Made by a program: the position numbers and the translations under genes | Part shown: one piece after another, positions 12,001 to 21,812 of the stretch | How positions within the stretch are numbered: position 1 is the stretch's first letter | Layout of the letters: each line of letters begins with the position of its first letter | Notes under the pieces: model-generated | The model's database searches: none | What the model saw: only the letters and a program-made list of their open reading frames with translations | Told to the model about the DNA's origin: nothing | Origin: a virus | Taxonomy: Duplodnaviria; Caudoviricetes | DNA length: 64,000 nucleotides | Virus record (IMG/VR): IMGVR_UViG_3300031555_004710 | Location: 160,001 to 224,000 of that record | Direction: 5' to 3' (one strand)

Positions 12001-12446
12001 GTGATTCATTTGCTTATTCTATAGATGGTATTACTTGGACAGAAGTTACAGTAAGTTATTACGATAGATTTTATCGTTCTATATGTTATGGTGATGGTAA
12101 ATTCGTAGCAGTTGCATATGAATCTATATTTGCTTATTCTACAGATGGTATTAATTGGACAGAAGGTACTATAAGTGATGTAGAAAGAACTTGGGTCTCT
12201 GTATGTTATGGTAATGGTAAATATGTAGCAGTTGCATATTATTCTAATATATTTGTATATTCTACAGATGGTATAACATGGACAGAAGGTACTATAAGTA
12301 ATACTAAAAGAAATTGGGAATCGGTATGTTATGGTAATGATAAATTTGTAGCAGTAGATCATGATAATATTTCTGCATGTTTTAGTAAATTTATTAATAT
12401 ACTATATAAAGATAAGAATAATCCTTCACTTGGAAATTTATACTAA
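9015..12446 (+). CDS. large virion protein with two beta-propeller repeat blocks
   Basis: About 45-aa repeats W.SVCYGDGKFVA...AYSTDGINWTE; late promoter at 8958-8969. Confidence 0.65.
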   Translation: MATYLEKIAAAQKGIDSTYGLLNIYKNSRSNNGWIGTNPSDINLSKFNTYFSENNIVKLNDSIDATLFDIPMSTMGYDKYGNFGAGIPSDIGFTRNVEQNEYGSYIPHPPLYKIINGDTIEAYASNNADINIGGKVKYRIVDNGIEVFPNGSSESFISAPDSEYFDPEYIFPIVPVDDSNHLHMLYAFVSINYQNGGIMLFVTPNFITWNTHCILSPDADWHETWHRIFDHNEDNMSLIRSSENISIVENIISKYFRVLPNNNYLIMRPEDISNAAGNNFPMVKMYSLWNKDPLLIIMNPYNFDYDNIEGYLNVIYNGFSSFMTENGEIVLYYNNSGYTPLVLYNGRTMGTFTGEVSDNYRHEIIESPKVAKIYDMQIDKTAPYTKTVDNMAMDCAVSILESKNKKLTNDDIPAASVQLALGDIGRPYIDNMLDEISLHVDKSIDMMNNIDVDFSDYIYAKNNNGQDYLEKDSDLQNNDIQLMDCNTKNGEIIETLVTNICYGNGKYIIFNDDGTIIYSNDGIVWEYNYSPYYYSSFYNFGCYGDNKFITIGNTESGSFTDGELTFNYSTDGIEWTNISVSNIDTSKHYICSLCYGNGKFVAIKSYSSIIYSNDGFVWNEVDISNFNKNWYDVCYGDGKFVAIAADTAEIITFIYSIDGINWTECIASGMDLAWYSICYGNGKFVAVGSNVPYADTPVVAHSTNGVDWTVEYIDPYKYYDFSDGGYSYYDRIRYGNGKYIVIDGSCNVIYSTNAIDWIYIDNIEDNYNEIPNIGYGNGKFILTTYSTIKYLDSIDFSIHSNISNNNKLTILSDPSLYNSNVRYRSSIIGNTLETGININNIDTWVESNISDTTRMWTSVCYGDGKFIAFGIDNVSAYSIDGINWTEVTVSDISRDWESVCYGDGKFVAISCDDNIFAYSTDGINWTEGTISDNYRYWESVCYGNGKFVAVTAYDGDNVSAYSTDGINWIECAISDNYRSWASVCYGDGKFVAVGYGDSFAYSIDGITWTEVTVSYYDRFYRSICYGDGKFVAVAYESIFAYSTDGINWTEGTISDVERTWVSVCYGNGKYVAVAYYSNIFVYSTDGITWTEGTISNTKRNWESVCYGNDKFVAVDHDNISACFSKFINILYKDKNNPSLGNLY
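11560..12390 (+). repeat. tandem coding repeats of about 130-140 bp
   Basis: Recurring GTATGTTATGGT(G/A)ATGGTAAAT and TGCTTATTCTACAGATGGTATTAATTGGACAGAAG. Confidence 0.85.
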
Positions 12447-12542
12447 TTAATGAAGAGATGCAGCTGCATCTCTTCATTTATATTAAATTTACACCAACTA
12501 ACATTTTTTATAATATTATAAAAATGGAAGAGGTGAACTTAT

Positions 12543-13064
12543 ATGAAATTTAAAAATCTATTAAAGAAATTATTTTGTAATCATGATACAAATCTTATTT
12601 TTATTAGAAATATTCATGGCGATGAGATTAATCAATTGAATGCCAGATCAATTTGGAGATGTTCAGATTGTAATAAATTAATTTACAAAAAGATGCTATA
12701 TGATACTGGTAAAATATCGGATGGATATTATACATTTGATGAATTATATCATCATAGAACAATTTTATTTGCAGTAATATGTAGTATGTATAAAGATAGG
12801 TGTTGGAAGTCATATCGTCATCATGCACAAGATGGAGATATGTACAAAAATATGTTTATAGTTGGAATTAACACTCCCACTGGAACTGCAACATATCATG
12901 TTGATATTAAATATTGGGATTCTTTTAATGTTCCAATATACATCCATGCTCCTAAATGGGATGGTCATACTCCAGATGAAGCAATTAAAAGAATATCATC
13001 ACTCATTGGATATGATATAGATAGTGATAAAAAATATCGAGTTATACATAGAAATTTTAATTAA
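12543..13064 (+). CDS. conserved phage hypothetical protein
   Basis: SDGYYTFDELYHHR...TYH...WDGHT pattern typical of a widespread phage family. Confidence 0.6.
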   Translation: MKFKNLLKKLFCNHDTNLIFIRNIHGDEINQLNARSIWRCSDCNKLIYKKMLYDTGKISDGYYTFDELYHHRTILFAVICSMYKDRCWKSYRHHAQDGDMYKNMFIVGINTPTGTATYHVDIKYWDSFNVPIYIHAPKWDGHTPDEAIKRISSLIGYDIDSDKKYRVIHRNFN

Positions 13065-13099
13065 AAATAGAGAGTGTTTTTAGCACTCTCTATTTTCTT

Positions 13100-14281
13100 T
13101 TAATCAACTATTCGAACGTGATAGTTTCGGTGTAAATTATCAGTTGCCATCTTTGCAGTATGGTCTATTTCAAAATTTAATCCTTCAATATTACTTGGTA
13201 ATGGGTAATCTGGTATTAAAGTACCATCTCGGTCTTCAGCTATAACACCCTGTACTCTATCATCGGAATCTACAAGCAATACATATTCTACTCCTCTATC
13301 TTCATATTGTAAGAATTTAGAACCATCATTATCAGTAGATATAGAAGAAGTATTATCGTCACTAAAGTATCTTCTTTGGATTTCTTCATCATCCATCTCA
13401 TCTGATACCATAACTCCATAATCCGATTCATTATCATTTCTTGCTCCAGAAACTCCTCCATATCCACCCATAGAATTTACTAAGCCGCTTCTAGAACTTG
13501 AAAATATACTCTGTAAGGTATTAGCATTAATATCATTACTACCAGCATTTTCTGACTCTTTTCTAGCAGCTTCTTTTTGACGCATATCAAATATACTTTT
13601 ACGTAAAGCGTTTACTTCTTTAACTATTGATAATTGAGTACTTTGCATAGAGTTCTTTACACTTATCATGTCAGCTAATGATTTTCCTCCACGACCAGGC
13701 ACTCTCATTCTTTCAATATCCTTTTGTAAACTTAGTTTATCTTTATCCAATTCCTCATATAAAGCTTTTAATCTTTTCTCAGAATCAGCAAATGTTTTTG
13801 TAATCTCTGAAGATTCTTTAGAAACTGAACTATCTCTAGCATATTTTCTTCCTAAGCTAATAAGATTATTTCTCATTTCAGCATCTTCTTCAGCACTAAA
13901 TAAACTTTCATCATCTAAAAAGTCATCGAACTCATCAGCTGAAGCTAATTGAGCTGATTGAACTAATTTTTTAGTGGTTTCCATAATTTCATCTACTTTA
14001 CGTCTATCTTTAGGTCTATAAGAATCTTCCGAATCTCCAAATAAATATTCATATGTTTTTTGTTTTTTACTCTTTTTAGATTTCTTTTTACTTTTATAAC
14101 CGGAATCTTTAAGATAGGAATCGATTGATAATTCCCCAAGATTAAAATCAAAAGGTTCATCATCCACTGAATCATTTACAACTTCAAAAGAACTTTCGGA
14201 ATCAGAAATTCCAGATAATTCTTTATCATATTCAAAAGATGATTTTCCTGCTAAAATATTTAGTTTATTACTAAGATCCAT
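13100..14281 (-). CDS. hypothetical acidic coiled-coil protein, late
   Basis: 393-aa ORF, AAGGAG SD, AACA-N6-TA at 14328-14339 (-). Confidence 0.7.
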   Translation of the reverse strand: MDLSNKLNILAGKSSFEYDKELSGISDSESSFEVVNDSVDDEPFDFNLGELSIDSYLKDSGYKSKKKSKKSKKQKTYEYLFGDSEDSYRPKDRRKVDEIMETTKKLVQSAQLASADEFDDFLDDESLFSAEEDAEMRNNLISLGRKYARDSSVSKESSEITKTFADSEKRLKALYEELDKDKLSLQKDIERMRVPGRGGKSLADMISVKNSMQSTQLSIVKEVNALRKSIFDMRQKEAARKESENAGSNDINANTLQSIFSSSRSGLVNSMGGYGGVSGARNDNESDYGVMVSDEMDDEEIQRRYFSDDNTSSISTDNDGSKFLQYEDRGVEYVLLVDSDDRVQGVIAEDRDGTLIPDYPLPSNIEGLNFEIDHTAKMATDNLHRNYHVRIVD

Positions 14282-14482
14282 ATGTATTCACGCTCCTTTA
14301 TATAAAACATAAAATCATCTAGTAGGTTAGCGAAATGTTAAACTAAATTCTTTTTTGTATTATCTTATTTTAAGAAGTTTTTAATACGAATCTTTCTATT
14401 ATGTATTTTTTATATGATATAAGATAAATTAATTGATTACATTGAAATAACATTTGATGTAAACGTGAAAGGAGAAATGATT

Positions 14483-16351
14483 ATGAAATTTTTACCATTA
14501 GAGTTAGTGCGTCCACATCTAATACCATTAAATATTGTATACTATAATCCAGTATCTAATGGTGGTACTTTTTCAGACCCAGATGTATTAACGATAACCT
14601 ATAAAGACCAAGATTCTGGTCAAAAATTTGTATATGACCTTAAAGAACCAAAAATTGAAATATTTATAGTTAAACCAGAACATCGAACTTTTAATCACAT
14701 GAGAGATATGATTACAATGGAAGTATGCGATAAATACACTGTTCCATATAAATCAAGATGGGGTTTTGCTGCTAAGAAATTAGGTTTAGCAAGCGCCGAT
14801 GAAGCTAAAGCTTCACCTTATGTATTTAATGCCGATTTACCAATCGAGACATATTATTTGATTCAATTTGTTATGGAATATTATTCTGATTCTCCAAAAG
14901 CTCTTTCATTAGGAAAACTGGATATAGAAAATGATATCATAGCATGTGAAGATTTTCCATTACATGGTGAAACTCCAATAAATGCAGTAACATATATCAA
15001 TATGGAATCAAATGATGTATATACCTTAGTTCTATTAAAAGATAACCTCCCATTATTACCAGAAGGACATAAAAAATATCAAGAGTATAAAGAATTAAAA
15101 GAAAAATTCTATGATCAAGTTGATAAGTTAAATTCAAATCCAGAATATATGGTACAACAATGCCATGAAAAGTTTGATGAAATGTATCCTGGAATGAAGT
15201 ATAATCTTTTATATTATACTGAGGAACTACAATTATTAAAAGATTTAATGTATATAATTCATAGTACAGATAATGATTATATTGGTATCTGGAATATGCC
15301 TTACGATATGCAAAATATAATTGCTAGACCTTCTCATATTGGTGGAGATGCTTTAGAACTTATTCCCGATGAAAGATTTTCTTTAAAGATGGTATCATTT
15401 AAAGAAGATACAAATCCTGTTGCACATAAGCGTCGTCATCAATGTACAACTTCAACTATTCCAACCTTTGTAGATGATATGGTTCATTATGCAGGTATAC
15501 GTTCTGGTGGTGGAGTTATTCCGTCATTGAAACTTAATAATGTTGCTAAAACTGAATTGAAAGATGAAAAGTATGACTATAGTGAAGTAAGTGATATTAA
15601 ACATCTTTTCTATGACGATTTAGAAAAATTTATCTTATATAATATCAAGGACGTTCTCTTGCTAGTCGGACTTGAAAATAAATCAAAAGATACAAACACA
15701 ATTTATTCTCGTATGTATCAAATGTGTGTATTTCCTAAAGAAGCTTTCACAACTACTAAAGTTGTATGGCATTCATTGATAAAGTTTATGTATGAACGTG
15801 GATATGTGCCTGGTACAAATAGAAATAAAGGTAAGAATAAAAAGAATATTATTGACTATTCTTCCGCTTTAAGTAATCAATTAAGTGACGATATTGATGA
15901 TTTTGAAGAAAGTTTATTTATAGTGGATGAACCGGATTTAGAATCAGAAGGCGATGAAGAAAAAGAAGAAAAATATCAGGGTGCTTTTGTAATGAATACA
16001 TTACATATGCAACCAACTAATGTTAAAATAATGGGAAAACCTGCAAAGTATATACACGATAATGTAGCTGACCTCGACATTGGGTCAGAATACCCCAGTG
16101 CAATTAATACCTGTGATATATCTAATGAAACTTTAGTTGCTAAAGTTTATTTAGAAAATCCTGATGATGTAGATATTAAAATTCCTGAAGGATTTGTGTT
16201 TCGTGGTGATGATAGAGAAAAATATAAGATGGATAAAGGAAATTATCTATTGGAAACTTACACCGAAGGAGACATATTTAATTTTAGTAACATCTTCTTA
16301 GGACTTCCCACTCCAGATAAAATCTTAAATGAAATTCAAGATTTAATTTAA
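14483..16351 (+). CDS. family B DNA polymerase, N-terminal half (3'-5' exonuclease plus motif A)
   Basis: ExoI LDIEND, ExoII WNMPYD, ExoIII YNIKDV, YQGAFV, motif A DLDIGSEYPS; no motif B or C. Confidence 0.88.
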   Translation: MKFLPLELVRPHLIPLNIVYYNPVSNGGTFSDPDVLTITYKDQDSGQKFVYDLKEPKIEIFIVKPEHRTFNHMRDMITMEVCDKYTVPYKSRWGFAAKKLGLASADEAKASPYVFNADLPIETYYLIQFVMEYYSDSPKALSLGKLDIENDIIACEDFPLHGETPINAVTYINMESNDVYTLVLLKDNLPLLPEGHKKYQEYKELKEKFYDQVDKLNSNPEYMVQQCHEKFDEMYPGMKYNLLYYTEELQLLKDLMYIIHSTDNDYIGIWNMPYDMQNIIARPSHIGGDALELIPDERFSLKMVSFKEDTNPVAHKRRHQCTTSTIPTFVDDMVHYAGIRSGGGVIPSLKLNNVAKTELKDEKYDYSEVSDIKHLFYDDLEKFILYNIKDVLLLVGLENKSKDTNTIYSRMYQMCVFPKEAFTTTKVVWHSLIKFMYERGYVPGTNRNKGKNKKNIIDYSSALSNQLSDDIDDFEESLFIVDEPDLESEGDEEKEEKYQGAFVMNTLHMQPTNVKIMGKPAKYIHDNVADLDIGSEYPSAINTCDISNETLVAKVYLENPDDVDIKIPEGFVFRGDDREKYKMDKGNYLLETYTEGDIFNFSNIFLGLPTPDKILNEIQDLI

Positions 16352-16469
16352 ATATAGATGAGGTAAATATTTACCTCATCTATTTATTTTTTTCTATATT
16401 TAATGATTTTAACAAATTCTTAAAGTCTATGAATGATAACTATTAAATATGAAAGGATGTGTTTTTATC

Positions 16470-19400
16470 ATGGCAATGCCAATTACTAAAGCACGTAAAG
16501 AACGTATTGATGTTTTAAATCAAGATATTGATACTAAACTTTCTGAAATTAAATCTACATATGAAAATAGTGGTTTTGGTTTTGATGCAGTTGCTGCAAA
16601 TGGATTTAGTAGATCTAATTTAGTACAAGATTTAAATAATAACGTACATGGTATAGCAGTTCCTGAAGAATCCGAAATTATATCTTTAGGAAATGTAAAC
16701 GGATATGAAACTGTAAATGCATTTCCACTTAAAGGTAATTGTAAAAATGGAGTTAAATATGCTGACCCAAATAACCCTGCTGAAGTTTATGTAGAAAATA
16801 ACAGTAATACATTAGTAACTGATAGAGCTGATGAAAATTTAGATATCGATCGTTGGACTTCAAGAACTATATTTAAATTCAAATCTGAGAACTATGGATA
16901 TGATAGATGTGTTTATGTCATTCCAATTGCTGATTTAGCAAATGGATTTATTATTAATAGCGAAAAAGATACTCCGCATGGAAATACATTAAAGAATTAT
17001 CCATATCCAGAAGAAATTATTATGACTTCTCAAAAAACTGAGAAGAATTTTATTCATTTTATAAATGTCCAATATACAGATAGTCACTATGGACATTTTA
17101 ATGGAAGAAATTACAATTTAATGATTGTAAAAAATAGAACTAGATATGGAGTATTAGATGAATCTGGAAATAGTTTTAAAGAATATACAAGTGTATATGC
17201 AAATGATATAGAAACTGAATTAGCATATGTAGATAACGGATATTTATATTTACCAGTTCCAAGTCCAGCATTTGGTGAAGAGATGTTAGATACTCTATGG
17301 GATTGTAGAGTTATATGGAGAAGAGATATTCCAGATAGAAATATTTCTATTAACTTAGAGATCAATTCGGATTCCAGAGATATTTATGCTAATTGGAAGG
17401 ATGTTGTAGTTGAGTCTGAAGGAAGATTTTGGGACTCTATATGCTATGGTGATGGAAAATTCGTAGCTATTGGAAGTACTACTAATCTTACTGATGATAC
17501 GATATGTGCTTATTCTACAGATTGTATAAATTGGACAGTGACCACAGTGAGTAGTAATAAAAGAATATCGAGTGACATATGCTATGGTGGTGGAAAATTC
17601 GTAGCTATTGGTTCAGGTACGACATTTGCTTATTCTACAGATTGTATAAATTGGACAGAAATTACTGTAAGTAATACATTTAACCTTTGGTCTTCTATAT
17701 GCTATGGTGGTGGAAAATTCGTAGCTATTTGTTCAGGTACGACATTTGCTTATTCTACAAATGGTATAAAATGGACAGAAATTACTGTATGTAATACAGA
17801 GGTATTAGTATGGAAAACCATATGTTATGGTGATGGAAAATTCGTAGCTCTTTCATCTAATCCAAATCTATTTGTTTATTCTACGAATGGTATAAATTGG
17901 ACGGAAGGTACTATAGGTAATATACGTAAATATTGGTCTTCCATATGTTATGGTGATGGAAAATTCGTAGCTATATCGAGTGGCAATGATTCTAATTCTA
18001 GCATAATATTTGCTTATTCTACTGACGGTATTAATTGGACAGAATATACAATAGAATCTGCAGTTAGATTCTGGGACTCTATATGCTATGGTGATGGAAA
18101 ATTCGTAGCTATCGCAAATTATTCCCCAAATAAACAATTTATATTTGCTTATTCGACTGACGGTATTAATTGGACAGAAGGTTCAATGAGTATATATACT
18201 ACTGGTTGGAAGTCTATATGTTATGGTGATGGGAAATTTGTATCTGTGGGAGCATACCATCCATTCACCTATATTAATAGTGATGAAATTAATAGATTTG
18301 ATGATGTTAATAGTATGCAAATCATCGATGATAGAATTCATTTAGGTTTTGGAAATAAAGATTATATTGCATATAATAGAAGTTCCAATCTCAATTTAAC
18401 TGGAGAATATTACGACATTGTAAATTCAATTATTGATGGTAGGTGTGTTATCACTGATGATGGGACTATAAAGATTGCACCTCTATTTAATGATAGTTAT
18501 AATTTGATTCAGCCACTTCAAGATGATAGATTTGAATACTATTGGGGTGTAGGTTGCCCTAATCAAATATTTAAAATTTCCGATAATAATTATCTCGGTT
18601 TTTATTATAAATATTGTGATCATATAGGTGATGATTACATTGATGAAGTAACTCAATTATATTGGGGTATTTTTGATTCTAGCATGAGAACTATAAATCC
18701 CGTGCCATCCGATGATAGTCATATTCCTGAACCATATCCATGCCAATATTATTCATCAGAATTTATGAATACTGGAAAAATAATAAAAGTATTTAGAGAT
18801 AATATCAATGAAGTTACACAGAAATCTTCCTATTTAGTATTTGCTCAAAGAGGAATATATAGATTTAATTTCTGTATGACGGGGATAGATGCGATAGAAC
18901 TTACATCAATAGAAACTATACTTACACTCGAATCTAAATATAACCGTTATACATTGTATGATATTGAACGAATCTCAGATAGTGAATTTTATTTTATTTA
19001 TGATATCGAATGTGTTAAGGTAGATATTATTGATAAAACGATGAGTCATATTTGTTCATTGGCAAATATACTATTTGGTAGAACTTGTATTGCAGATCTT
19101 GGGCTTGGTGAATCAAATATCCAAAGATATTTATATGATAGTAATCAATTGATTATACCAAATAATAGCTACTACGATACTGCATTAATTGAATCTGATA
19201 GCAAAATTAAATATAAATATGGTATATTTAAAAATGAGAAATATGAACCAATATTACACAAATTAGTAGAGAAATTTAGTTTCGATAAAGAACTTATGCA
19301 GCCTCCGTCGTATTGGATAAGTAGAGAATATACTATAAGCACATCATATAAATATAATGATATCTCTTATAGTGATGACAGGTTTATTGCTAAGAATCCT

Positions 19401-20174
19401 AATCGTAATACATTTGCTTATTCTACCGATGGTATTAATTGGATGGAAAATGAAGTTATTATGAGTGACAATCTCAATACAACCTATTCTAGCATATGTT
19501 ATGGTAATGGTAAGTATGTAGCAAGTAGATATACCGATAATATAGTATACTCTACTGATGGCATTAATTGGATAGAAGTATCATTAGATAATTTCGGTGG
19601 AAGTTGGAATGACGTATGTTATGGAGATGGTAAATTTGTAGTAGTAGGGGATGCTGCTGGTGCAATAATTGCTTACTCTACCGATGGTATTAATTGGACA
19701 CATGCTAGCACTGGTGCTGCTAATCTTAGCTATATAAAATACTGTGATGGTAAATTTATGTCAATCGATGATACCAATAATCTCGTATATTCTGATGATG
19801 GTATTAATTGGAATTGGCATGAAATGGATATATCTATACCAGTTATCTATGATATGTGCTATGGAGATGGTAAATTTGTTGCAATTGGATGGGAAGATGA
19901 CCAGAGTACCGAACCGTGGGGAACAACATCTTTTCTAACATATTCGACTGATGGTAGTACTTGGACAACTGTCTATATAGATATAGGTATTGAATGGGAT
20001 TCTATATGCTATGGGGATGGTAAATTTGTAGTAGATAAGGGTTATTATTCTATCGATGGTATTAATTGGATGCAGACTGGTACTACTTCACTAAATAGTA
20101 TCTGTTACGGCAATGATAAATTTGTAGGAGTTAATTATAATTCATCTAAATCCACATTACTAATAGATTTTTAA
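16470..20174 (+). CDS. large virion protein with two beta-propeller repeat blocks
   Basis: Same repeat family in blocks at about 17395-18270 and 19310-20160; late promoter at 16411-16422. Confidence 0.65.
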   Translation: MAMPITKARKERIDVLNQDIDTKLSEIKSTYENSGFGFDAVAANGFSRSNLVQDLNNNVHGIAVPEESEIISLGNVNGYETVNAFPLKGNCKNGVKYADPNNPAEVYVENNSNTLVTDRADENLDIDRWTSRTIFKFKSENYGYDRCVYVIPIADLANGFIINSEKDTPHGNTLKNYPYPEEIIMTSQKTEKNFIHFINVQYTDSHYGHFNGRNYNLMIVKNRTRYGVLDESGNSFKEYTSVYANDIETELAYVDNGYLYLPVPSPAFGEEMLDTLWDCRVIWRRDIPDRNISINLEINSDSRDIYANWKDVVVESEGRFWDSICYGDGKFVAIGSTTNLTDDTICAYSTDCINWTVTTVSSNKRISSDICYGGGKFVAIGSGTTFAYSTDCINWTEITVSNTFNLWSSICYGGGKFVAICSGTTFAYSTNGIKWTEITVCNTEVLVWKTICYGDGKFVALSSNPNLFVYSTNGINWTEGTIGNIRKYWSSICYGDGKFVAISSGNDSNSSIIFAYSTDGINWTEYTIESAVRFWDSICYGDGKFVAIANYSPNKQFIFAYSTDGINWTEGSMSIYTTGWKSICYGDGKFVSVGAYHPFTYINSDEINRFDDVNSMQIIDDRIHLGFGNKDYIAYNRSSNLNLTGEYYDIVNSIIDGRCVITDDGTIKIAPLFNDSYNLIQPLQDDRFEYYWGVGCPNQIFKISDNNYLGFYYKYCDHIGDDYIDEVTQLYWGIFDSSMRTINPVPSDDSHIPEPYPCQYYSSEFMNTGKIIKVFRDNINEVTQKSSYLVFAQRGIYRFNFCMTGIDAIELTSIETILTLESKYNRYTLYDIERISDSEFYFIYDIECVKVDIIDKTMSHICSLANILFGRTCIADLGLGESNIQRYLYDSNQLIIPNNSYYDTALIESDSKIKYKYGIFKNEKYEPILHKLVEKFSFDKELMQPPSYWISREYTISTSYKYNDISYSDDRFIAKNPNRNTFAYSTDGINWMENEVIMSDNLNTTYSSICYGNGKYVASRYTDNIVYSTDGINWIEVSLDNFGGSWNDVCYGDGKFVVVGDAAGAIIAYSTDGINWTHASTGAANLSYIKYCDGKFMSIDDTNNLVYSDDGINWNWHEMDISIPVIYDMCYGDGKFVAIGWEDDQSTEPWGTTSFLTYSTDGSTWTTVYIDIGIEWDSICYGDGKFVVDKGYYSIDGINWMQTGTTSLNSICYGNDKFVGVNYNSSKSTLLIDF

Positions 20175-20437
20175 TACTAACTTATATTCATATATTATAC
20201 ATTCAATAATAGCAGAGAGATCATAATGGATAAATTCAGATAAAATCTTAATATACTTATAGTTTCACTATCTATTTTACATTAATTTATCTTTTATAAT
20301 AATCTTTGTGATATTATTTAATTCTATAAATACTTTTAAAATAAATATAAATATATAGCGAGAGTTTAACTCTCGCTATATATGCTTTTTTATTTAAGTT
20401 TTATTCATGTATTATTTTTATGAGGTGATATTATATT

Positions 20438-20806
20438 ATGAAAATTTTTAGATATTATTATAATAAGACAAAAACTTTTAGAAAAGCTGGTTTTCTTACT
20501 AGAGTTGGTGATATAATAGAATTTCATGAAAATCATCGAGATATATTAGAAGCATTGACAAAATATTTTGATGATGAATTACCATTTCCAGATGATCGAT
20601 TATTTGATTTAAGCAGAAATGGTATTAGAATGACAAGTTGGTTTACTTCTGTTGGTAATGAGAAATTCAAACTTCATATTTCTAGAATAAATAAATATAT
20701 TAAGAAGAGATTTAATCAAAATATGATTTGTAATGTGAAAGATATTTCAGAAAATAATAAAGATATTCTTTATCAGGATAAGTATCAAGTTACATTAAAA
20801 GAATAG
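20438..20806 (+). CDS. hypothetical protein, early
   Basis: GAGGTG SD; TGTATTAT-N5-TG at 20408. Confidence 0.7.
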   Translation: MKIFRYYYNKTKTFRKAGFLTRVGDIIEFHENHRDILEALTKYFDDELPFPDDRLFDLSRNGIRMTSWFTSVGNEKFKLHISRINKYIKKRFNQNMICNVKDISENNKDILYQDKYQVTLKE

Positions 20807-20900
20807 AAGATAATTGATATCTTCTATTCTTTTTTATTTTTAATTTAACTTATAAGTAATTGATTTAATACCTAGATTTTTTTAATCGGCTTGGTATTAA

Positions 20901-20915
20901 TATATTATTTTTATG
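20901..20915 (+). promoter_or_regulatory. early-type promoter TATATTAT-N5-TG (representative; full list in findings)
   Basis: TATATTAT TTTTA TG; recurs with fixed spacing about 11 times upstream of non-structural units. Confidence 0.75.
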
Positions 20916-20936
20916 TAATAGAAAGGAGTTGCTAAT

Positions 20937-21812
20937 ATGCAAGGGAACATAAAAGGAAAATTTAAAGTAATAACACTTTGCGGTTCAAGTAAATTCAAGA
21001 AAGAATTTATAGAAGTTGCAGAAAAACTTTCATTGGAAGGAAATATTGTAATTTCATTAGGATTATTTGGTCATGCTGATAATAAGTTTGCTACAGTGAT
21101 AACTGATGATGTTAAAGCAATGCTTGACGCAGCGCATAAACAAAAAATTGAAATGTCTGATGCAATTTATGTAATAAATCCAGGAGGATATATAGGAGAC
21201 TCAACTAGAAGTGAAATAGGTTATGCAATTAATCTTGGAAAAGAAGTTCATTTCTTAGAACCAATAAAAAGTATTCAAAAAATCGGTGATATATATAAAG
21301 TTATTACTGATAATGATACTCTTGATTCACCTGGAGATCCTATGAATAATGATATTATTACGTATAAAATAGATGATTTTAAGTATTTTGATGATTTATG
21401 TTCATTCTATAGAAATACACCAAAAGAAGAAGTTATAGATAAAAATCTTTTATTTAGAATAACTGCATCTGGTGGATATGATTATCGTAATAAATATATC
21501 GAAGAAGACGATCTTATAAAACCAATTATTGTAGATGGTTTATTGACTTGGATTAAAATACCATTATCATTTGATGGATTATCATTGTCGACTAGTTTCA
21601 AAGACCTTTGTGAAACATTTAATCCACATATACACATGGCTAAATTTGGTAAAGTTTATCAAATTATAAAGGGTGGAGGAAAAGATTATTATGGTGAGCC
21701 TATAATGGATGGTGATTATTTAACATATCATGATACTAAAAAAGGAGTTTATGCATGGAGTAAACTCCACAGTAAATTATTGGAGGTAATACAAAATGAG
21801 CAAATCAAATAA
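20937..21812 (+). CDS. protein with N-terminal nucleoside 2-deoxyribosyltransferase-like (DUF4406-like) domain
   Basis: VITLCGSSKF...HKQKIEMSDAIYVINPGGYIGDSTRSEIGYA. Confidence 0.6.
   Translation: MQGNIKGKFKVITLCGSSKFKKEFIEVAEKLSLEGNIVISLGLFGHADNKFATVITDDVKAMLDAAHKQKIEMSDAIYVINPGGYIGDSTRSEIGYAINLGKEVHFLEPIKSIQKIGDIYKVITDNDTLDSPGDPMNNDIITYKIDDFKYFDDLCSFYRNTPKEEVIDKNLLFRITASGGYDYRNKYIEEDDLIKPIIVDGLLTWIKIPLSFDGLSLSTSFKDLCETFNPHIHMAKFGKVYQIIKGGGKDYYGEPIMDGDYLTYHDTKKGVYAWSKLHSKLLEVIQNEQIK

Noticed and set aside
11560-12390. CRISPR array or diversity-generating retroelement
   Set aside because: The repeats are in-frame protein repeats; no cas or RT genes, and no adenine-specific template/variable pair was evident
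20190-20345. TATATTAT copy at about 20191 followed by an ATG and AT-rich sequence
   Set aside because: Lacks the N5-TG spacing, the ORF stops after 5 codons and there is no convincing structure; may be a decayed small gene
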